A model generated the notes under the pieces. It made no database searches. It saw only the letters and a program-made list of their open reading frames with translations, and was not told the origin of the DNA. Both the position numbers and the translations under genes were made by a program. Below are positions 6,243 to 12,314 of a stretch of DNA of 17,031 nucleotides, in pieces. Location of the stretch: assembly GCA_002009975.1 (NCBI GenBank), contig MTLP01000043.1, positions 1 to 17,031 on the forward strand, in the 5' to 3' direction. The stretch's first letter is position 1. Every line of letters begins with the position of its first letter. This stretch comes from Thermococcus sp. JdFR-02. Its GTDB lineage: Archaea > Methanobacteriota_B > Thermococci > Thermococcales > Thermococcaceae.

Positions 6243-8993
6243 CTGGTAACTTATGTTGGTATAATGTTTTTGTGGACATACAAAGTTTGGCATCCAATGA
6301 AATTCTTTCACATTATCTTTTACACATTTTATCCACTTTTTAGCTACTCTTCTCGATTAAATTTTGAAATTTTTCATCACTCCTTAGATTTATGAAACTT
6401 TCGTCGATCTTAGCTATTTCTCTTAATTTCTCATCTATTTCTATCGCTTTTTCCAAGCATTTTAAAGTATTCTCTACATCTCCCAATTTCACCTTAAAAC
6501 ACGCTTTGTTATACCAAGCGAGTGCGTTATTTGGCTCAATTTTAATGACTTCATCACAACACTTTCTTGCCTCTTCATAACGATTAAGTCTAGACAATGT
6601 AATTCCTTTTAAGATTAAAGCCTTAATATTTGTTTTTTCTTTTTCAAGAATTTTATTAAGGCAACTTAACGTGTCATTGTAATCCCCTTTATTCAATAAA
6701 ATTTCTCCTTTGACCATTAGGGCAGGTATAAAATCAGGATTAATTTCTAATGCTTTATTTAATGAATCAATAGCATCTTCATATTTTCCGATGTTGGCAA
6801 GTGATGCTCCTTTGAGATATAATACTTCATGATTATCCGGCTTAAGTTTCAATGATTTTTCAAAACACGCTATAGCTTCATCGAATCTCTTAAGGTTAAA
6901 TAATGCTCTTCCTTTATTATCCCAAATGCTCCAATCCTCTGGATTAAGCTTTAATGCTTTATCTAAACACTCCAAAGCCTCCTCATTCTTTCCTTGGTTA
7001 ATCAAAATCATTCCTTTAAGTTTTAAGACATCTGCCCAGCTTGGGTTTAAGTCAAGAGCCTTGTTCACACATTTAAGGGCTTCATCGTATCTTTTAAGTT
7101 CGAAAAATGCACTTGCCTTATTAGCCCACGCTAATTCGAATGTAGAGTTTATTTCTATCGCTTTATCGAAACATTCTATAGCTTTTGAAATTTCTCCTCT
7201 CTTTAAGAAATCTATTCCTTCATTATTCCATGAGATTTCATCCTTTAATATAAGCTTATATCCCAGGAATTCTAGCTTGTCCTTCAAAGCATTTAGACGG
7301 TTCTTAAATCTCTTTAAGTCCTCCTTATCCTGGAATTTTATTTGTATAACAAATCCTTCCTTCATCCATTCAACGTTGATTCGAAATCTGATCGAGTTTT
7401 GCACACCAGTGTAAAACTCTTTATCCGCTTTTTCAGGGGATATCTCCAAAATTACATGTTCGCCTGGAGGTATAGTTACATTAAATGCTTCAAAGACAAC
7501 TTTTCTCCTAATTTTATTATCAATTTTTTCTACCGTATCAAATTTCGTATGAATGTAGCAGCCCCGAAAATCTTTTAGAAGTACTGTCCTTGTGAGCTTG
7601 TAATATAAATTCAGGAGTGGATCGTCTGGGAGTCCCATAAAAAATTCCTTGACGTCTATGATTCCTTTAGAGGCGCATAAATATTTGAGATACAGAATAT
7701 CAAACAGATCCCCTTTAAATACGAGTTTTCTGCCCTCTTCAGCAATTATTTCATCTCTTTTTAGATGTTCTATGTGGTCTTTTATAATCGATTTTCTAAC
7801 GTAGACATCTTTAGGCTGAATTGTATTGATTTCGTCAAGCAACATATATTCGGCAAGCCAGTCTCTAGGTACCTTGGGAAATTCGAGTATAGACTTTAAG
7901 ATCTTCAGTTGATCTATCCAATAATGCTTTATCTTATTCGCTATTTTGTGATAACCTTCTTTTCTTAATATTTCGAGTTCGTTCAAAACATCATCTAATA
8001 CCTCTGGAGATAGCTGTATTTTTGGATTCTTTCCTTCTTTCCACCTACGATACATGTAGTGTGCCACTAAGTTAATTTCATACGGCGAGCCGTTCGTTAG
8101 TTGATGAATATCCGCAACACATGCCCGATCGAATGCTTCTTTTTCCTTCTCATTAAGCGGCTTAAGCAAGCATTCTTCTGTCTCCCTGATATCTTTGAAG
8201 TTCTCGACGTTTATTCTCTTGAAGAATCGTGGAATTGGAGAGAAAACATTGCTTATAGCAGGAAACATCTTTTCAGTTCCAGAAAACACGAGGATATATC
8301 CTTCTATCTCCATAAAAACGTTTCTTAATTTCTGTAGCAGTACTTCATTCTGTGAAAGTAAATCACATTCGTCAAAAAGCAACACAATAGTTGGTATTTT
8401 TTTCTTATTTGCTTCAGCGCGTAATTCTCTTAAGTCATGTATAAGAACGTGTTGAGGAATGTTATCAACATTTTTTTCTTTTTTGAATCCTACATACGCG
8501 GTTCCAAAAAGTAAGGGTATTTCAACGCTCGTATCCAACATATCGAAAATTCTCCTAAATCTTCTGTATATTTTTCTATACATTCCTTTTTCTGCTCCTT
8601 TCGTAAGAATTCCGTCAATAATTTCTTTAAAGAACAAAACATCGCTTTTAACAATCTCTCCGTTTAGTGGTATCTTTACTGCTAGTAAACCAAGCTCATT
8701 TGCTTTATATTCGATCATGTTTAATAAGCTCTTTTTTCCAGCAGATCGAGGGCCTACAAGAGCCATATGAAAGTACTTTGGCTTATCAGATTTTGAGAGT
8801 TTTAAGTAATATTCTATCTCTGCGAGTTCCTTCTTTCTTCCAGCAAAATGTTTTGGATCTTTAACAGGATTAATAAAATCATATGGATTGTATACACATT
8901 CTTCCATACTTTCTCACCTATATAATCATTTTTGCTGACTAATTGCAATATAAATTAATCTATTTTTTATCTTCACCAACAATAAGTTAACAG
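6243..8993. mobile_element. AT-rich single-gene insert bracketed by imperfect inverted repeats
   Basis: The composition shifts abruptly. CTGGTAACTTATGTTGGT (6243-6260) matches the reverse complement of 8975-8993, CTGTTAACTTATTGTTGGT. No recombinase gene is present in the window. Confidence 0.5.
6340..8907 (-). CDS. STAND/archaeal AAA-type NTPase with a C-terminal TPR array
   Basis: N-terminal 'NPY...FAGRKKE', Walker A GPRSAGKKS, Walker B 'VLLFDECD', 'TNGSPYEIN' (GxP motif), about 8 TPRs, and a terminal cap 'AWYNKAC...D..F..LR'. A GGTGAG SD lies upstream. Confidence 0.9.
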   Translation of the reverse strand: MEECVYNPYDFINPVKDPKHFAGRKKELAEIEYYLKLSKSDKPKYFHMALVGPRSAGKKSLLNMIEYKANELGLLAVKIPLNGEIVKSDVLFFKEIIDGILTKGAEKGMYRKIYRRFRRIFDMLDTSVEIPLLFGTAYVGFKKEKNVDNIPQHVLIHDLRELRAEANKKKIPTIVLLFDECDLLSQNEVLLQKLRNVFMEIEGYILVFSGTEKMFPAISNVFSPIPRFFKRINVENFKDIRETEECLLKPLNEKEKEAFDRACVADIHQLTNGSPYEINLVAHYMYRRWKEGKNPKIQLSPEVLDDVLNELEILRKEGYHKIANKIKHYWIDQLKILKSILEFPKVPRDWLAEYMLLDEINTIQPKDVYVRKSIIKDHIEHLKRDEIIAEEGRKLVFKGDLFDILYLKYLCASKGIIDVKEFFMGLPDDPLLNLYYKLTRTVLLKDFRGCYIHTKFDTVEKIDNKIRRKVVFEAFNVTIPPGEHVILEISPEKADKEFYTGVQNSIRFRINVEWMKEGFVIQIKFQDKEDLKRFKNRLNALKDKLEFLGYKLILKDEISWNNEGIDFLKRGEISKAIECFDKAIEINSTFELAWANKASAFFELKRYDEALKCVNKALDLNPSWADVLKLKGMILINQGKNEEALECLDKALKLNPEDWSIWDNKGRALFNLKRFDEAIACFEKSLKLKPDNHEVLYLKGASLANIGKYEDAIDSLNKALEINPDFIPALMVKGEILLNKGDYNDTLSCLNKILEKEKTNIKALILKGITLSRLNRYEEARKCCDEVIKIEPNNALAWYNKACFKVKLGDVENTLKCLEKAIEIDEKLREIAKIDESFINLRSDEKFQNLIEKSS

Positions 8994-8998
8994 GGACC

Positions 8999-9757
8999 TC
9001 AGAGACGAAATAGTAGGTTCTTCAGCCTTCTCCCAAGACCAATTTTAAGTGGACGGTACTCCTCGCCGAGGAGGTCAGCTGCGAGCTTTTTTACCGCCTG
9101 CGCAGCCGGGGAGTCAGGCTTGTAGAGCACGAGCGGCACACCAAATGAGCAGGCCGCCCTCACGTTTGCATCTTCAGGTATCGTCGCGAGCACCTTTGTT
9201 TCAAGTACCGTCTCCACATCTCTTACAGGTATCTCCTCAGGAGCGCCTCTCCAGCGTGTTAGCACGGCACCTAGCACGGAGGTACCAAGCTTCCCGGCAA
9301 CAACTCTGGTCTTAAGTGCATCAGAGATGGAGGGTATCTCTGGATTGACCACCAGCAGAGCAGCCTCCGAAACCGAGAGGGCGGTGAGCACAGGCCTCCC
9401 AAGTCCTGCAGGCGCATCTATTACAATCACATCATGGGCATCAAGCACCCTGAGCACCTCTTCCAATCTTTCTGGATCAGTGTGTTTCAATGCTGTGAGC
9501 GATATTGCTCCTGGCAATACCTTAACTCCGTGTGCCTCACGCAGCGCTTCTGTTACATCCGCTTTACCGGCAAGGACGTCGTGTAGAGTCGGCGACGAAC
9601 CATCAACACCGAGATGGAAACAGAGGTTCGCCATCTCTATATCGGCGTCCACCACAAGAACGTCCCTGCCATACTGAGCCATCGCCACTGCAAGGTTCGC
9701 CGAAAGTGTGGTTTTTCCCGTACCTCCCTTGCCAGAGCAGATGACCAGAGACACCAT
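8999..9757 (-). CDS. minD: MinD-family ATPase
   Basis: Deviant Walker A 'SGKGGTGKTT', 'VDADIEMANL', 'IDAPAGLG', 'IPEDANVR', and an amphipathic C-terminus 'GLGRRLKNLLFRL'. ATG 9757 is preferred. Confidence 0.92.
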   Translation of the reverse strand: MVSLVICSGKGGTGKTTLSANLAVAMAQYGRDVLVVDADIEMANLCFHLGVDGSSPTLHDVLAGKADVTEALREAHGVKVLPGAISLTALKHTDPERLEEVLRVLDAHDVIVIDAPAGLGRPVLTALSVSEAALLVVNPEIPSISDALKTRVVAGKLGTSVLGAVLTRWRGAPEEIPVRDVETVLETKVLATIPEDANVRAACSFGVPLVLYKPDSPAAQAVKKLAADLLGEEYRPLKIGLGRRLKNLLFRL

Positions 9758-9842
9758 TCTGCACACCACCGCAGCTGAGAATGTGTTCTTCTTACTGAGG
9801 AAGATTGGGGATTTCTAAAAAAAGCAGAACAAGCTGCATTGC

Positions 9843-10229
9843 TCACATATATTCATCGAGGGCGCTGCTGTCGAGAGCCATGTCCAATATTCCTCTAGGA
9901 CGCTTCTTAGTTGTTGATAAACCGAGTGGTTTCCTCTCCACCTGTACTTCCTCAGTTCTATGGATTTCTTGGCTGCTTAAAGGTCCCCCCTCAACTTCAG
10001 AGTCCTCTTCCTGAGGCACCACAGTAAGGAAGGTATCTGCCCTCCTCAATATGTCGAGCGCTTCTACACCAGTCAGCACCCGCCCCCCGCTCAGAAGCTT
10101 TGCGTCAACCACTCTGCCGCTCTCAAGTTTCAGCATGCCAACAGGAACAGGGACCCCAAGAAGGAGGTACAGTTCCGCCTCTCCGGTGTACTTTCTCCTC
10201 TCGAGGTCTTTTAGCCTCATCGCTGTCAT
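9843..10229 (-). CDS. Second DUF2226/PATAN-like domain protein
   Basis: 'RRKYTGEAELY...GMLKLESGRVVDA...LTGVEALDIL' aligns by eye with the core of 5374-5790. It has a TGATG overlap with the upstream MinD-like gene. Confidence 0.55.
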   Translation of the reverse strand: MTAMRLKDLERRKYTGEAELYLLLGVPVPVGMLKLESGRVVDAKLLSGGRVLTGVEALDILRRADTFLTVVPQEEDSEVEGGPLSSQEIHRTEEVQVERKPLGLSTTKKRPRGILDMALDSSALDEYM

Positions 10230-10972
10230 CAGCCATCACTACTCCTTTTCCCCTCTCCGACGAGCAATCTCGCAAGTTCCCTCACCTTCTGAACGTATGG
10301 TGATCCGGGCGCTGTCATGAAAGGGAGCCCCTTCCCATAGTGCTTTAATAGGGTATCATCATGTGGCAATACAGCAAGGCACGACAGCCCTGCAATATTC
10401 TCGCTTGCATATCTGCTTTTGCAGAGAACGTACCCCACCGCGAAGGTACCAGCGACCTCACAGGCACGTGCAGCGCGTTCTGCCACGACCCTGCTCGAGG
10501 GGGTATTGTCGACAACCAGTAGGGCATGGGTGCACGCAGGGAGTGCGACCACCGCATAAGGGTCAAGGGAGGCGAAATCCAATACGAGCAGTTCGCAGAG
10601 TTCAGAAAGCGCTCTGACTGTGCGAACGATGTCCGAACTCGAAAACACCCTTGCTAGTAACTCAATGGATGCGCCGACAATGCTGGGCACAATGCGTAGG
10701 TTCCTCGAAACCTCCACGAGGCAACTATTAAGAACTTCTTGTGTCAGATCTTCTGCTGCGATGAGGTCATGAATGCTACTGCCGCTTGTTTTGCTTAGTT
10801 CATCTCTGACTTTGGTATCCTTAATAGCGAAGTGTTCTGCCAGGTCTCCTGTTATGATATCAAAGTCCGCAACAATCGTGCTAACACCTTTCTCTGCAAC
10901 TGCTGCAGCAAGGTTTGCAGCAAGGGTGGTTTTTCCGACACCGCCTTTACCTAGAATCGCCAACACAACCAT
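10229..10972 (-). CDS. Divergent MinD/ParA-family ATPase
   Basis: Motifs 'LGKGGVGKTT', 'VADFDIITGDL', 'LVLDF' and 'LPHDD'. The start is placed at ATG 10972 because the upstream extension is low-complexity. No obvious amphipathic C-terminal helix. Confidence 0.85.
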   Translation of the reverse strand: MVVLAILGKGGVGKTTLAANLAAAVAEKGVSTIVADFDIITGDLAEHFAIKDTKVRDELSKTSGSSIHDLIAAEDLTQEVLNSCLVEVSRNLRIVPSIVGASIELLARVFSSSDIVRTVRALSELCELLVLDFASLDPYAVVALPACTHALLVVDNTPSSRVVAERAARACEVAGTFAVGYVLCKSRYASENIAGLSCLAVLPHDDTLLKHYGKGLPFMTAPGSPYVQKVRELARLLVGEGKRSSDG

Positions 10973-11075
10973 CTTTTTCCCTCTGTATCTTTCTCCAACA
11001 CAGGAGGTGGAGGATACAGAGGAGGTGAACACGTGGCGGCGGCGCCTTTTTTTACGGCATCCACCTTTACCAGCG

Positions 11076-11116
11076 TCACCACCTCAGTCCTGAGAGAAAA
11101 GAGGAAGTATATAAAG
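11076..11116 (-). promoter_or_regulatory. TATA box plus SD-like element for the MinD operon
   Basis: On the minus strand, CTTTATATACTTC (11116-11104) is followed by CTGAGGTGGTGA (11087-11076). Confidence 0.55.
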
Positions 11117-11180
11117 CGCAAAATGAGGCACACTCACTAGCGCGGAAAAAGAGATGCTTCTCCTTTTTCTGCGATTGCAG

Positions 11181-11190
11181 CTTTTTATAA
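11181..11190 (+). promoter_or_regulatory. TATA box for the hjc-helicase operon (divergent promoter pair)
   Basis: CTTTTTATAA lies about 32 nt upstream of ATG 11222. Confidence 0.55.
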
Positions 11191-11221
11191 TTCTCCTTAC
11201 TCCTTCCTGCTGGTGTGTGGA

Positions 11222-11713
11222 ATGCAATCTTGGAAGCGGTTTGAGTACCGGATTGTTGAGCATCTCCGAAAGCGCGGGTGGAATGCTCACCGTGTTCCTG
11301 TCAGTGGTGCAGCGTCAGTGATCAAGGGAGATGTGATCGCCAGCAAAGACGGTGTTAGGCTCAGGATCGACGCTAAGTCAACTGCATCGAAGGACAGCAT
11401 ACGCATCAGCGTTGATGACATTGAGAGGAACATAAATAACTCCGATAACGGCGAGGTCCCTGTGATAGTGTTCTCCTTCAAAAGGCACCGCAGGCTCTAT
11501 GCCGTTCTTCAGGCAGGGCACGCGGCGCTATTCGTTAAGCAAAAGCGAAAGGAGCTGCGTTCTGAGAGGTCGATCCTGCTAAAGAGGGAGGAGGTCCTCG
11601 CAGTCGGGAAAGGTGAGTGCCTTGCACTGTGGCTCAGAGGCGGGAGAAGATACGTGGTGGCAGAACTTGACGCCTTTTTGGAAAGACTTCAACGCGCAGA
11701 GGAGGTCCGCTGA
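11222..11713 (+). CDS. hjc: Archaeal Holliday junction resolvase (Hjc/Hje family, PD-(D/E)XK) with a C-terminal extension
   Basis: 'FEYRIVEHLRKRGWNAHRVPVSG...GDVIA...IDAKST' follows the Hjc E...R..SG...D...(E/D)xK pattern. Confidence 0.85.
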   Translation: MQSWKRFEYRIVEHLRKRGWNAHRVPVSGAASVIKGDVIASKDGVRLRIDAKSTASKDSIRISVDDIERNINNSDNGEVPVIVFSFKRHRRLYAVLQAGHAALFVKQKRKELRSERSILLKREEVLAVGKGECLALWLRGGRRYVVAELDAFLERLQRAEEVR

Positions 11714-11715
11714 GG

Positions 11716-12138
11716 TTGCCCGTCAAGGTGTGCGTCGCACGGGTTGCAGTCTCCCGCTCTGGCAGGCTGGCAACCTACGGCATTGTTGTGGAGGCAGGAA
11801 TCAGGTGCGGTCGGGAACTCATAGTGGGAAAGTTGCACAAGGAGGGTGGGGTGGTGAGCACCTGCTCTTGCAGGGACCCAATGCGAAAGGCTCTGCTGAG
11901 AGCCATGGAGGCTGCGAAAGAGCTGAGGTGCAGGTCGCTGAAGATTCTGGTTGAAGCGGAAACGATGCCGCAAGGGATACTGGACGACCTAAGGCGCTAT
12001 GACCACTTCACCTACCTCACCATCCAGCGCGTGCCACAGGGTGATGCCACACTGCTTGCGGATGATGCGCTCGAGCGGTTACACATCACTTTTCCAGAAC
12101 TCTCCTGCACAACTCATATTAGTTCTGATGAAAATTGA
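11716..12138 (+). CDS. RNase HI-like fold protein, catalytic residues degenerate
   Basis: 'ATYGIVV', 'ALLRAMEAAKELRCRSLKILVEAE' and 'IQRVPQGDATLLADDAL' track the type 1 RNase H consensus, but the DGA and NxAE motifs are absent. Confidence 0.6.
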   Translation: MPVKVCVARVAVSRSGRLATYGIVVEAGIRCGRELIVGKLHKEGGVVSTCSCRDPMRKALLRAMEAAKELRCRSLKILVEAETMPQGILDDLRRYDHFTYLTIQRVPQGDATLLADDALERLHITFPELSCTTHISSDEN

Positions 12139-12149
12139 GGTATGGGGAG

Positions 12150-12314
12150 ATGATGGAGATGAGTATGGGAGTAATTAGCGAATATTTCCAGCGTTGGAGG
12201 TTTCGCTGCCCATACTGTGGATCTGTTAGTATCTCCAAGAGGGTGAAGACGTCGGACTACCGCTGCAGTCGTTGCGGACAGATCTTCACAGAACCCGTTG
12301 ATGCCAGCAGGTGA
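12150..12314 (+). CDS. Small CPxCG zinc-ribbon protein, 49-54 aa (not in the ORF track)
   Basis: It translates as (MMEMS)MGVISEYFQRWRFRCPYCGSVSISKRVKTSDYRCSRCGQIFTEPVDASR. A GAGGT SD lies at 12137. The stop overlaps the helicase ATG (TGATG, 12312-12316). Confidence 0.8.
   Translation: MMEMSMGVISEYFQRWRFRCPYCGSVSISKRVKTSDYRCSRCGQIFTEPVDASR

Noticed and set aside
6243-6260. Possible integron attC site (AAC...GTT cores)
   Set aside because: The cores are only a few nt apart with no long imperfect palindrome, and no integrase is seen.
6400-7240. Repetitive-looking DNA
   Set aside because: It is explained by TPR protein repeats. There are no identical spaced nucleotide repeats, so it is not a CRISPR array.
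6392-8864. Several + strand ORFs inside the STAND-TPR gene
   Set aside because: They are antisense shadows of a strongly coding gene, rich in S/F/L/I, with no motifs or SD.
10973-11032. N-terminal extension of the MinD-like ORF in the ORF track
   Set aside because: MinD-family proteins start just before Walker A. ATG 10972 fits, and the extension coincides with the hairpin leader.
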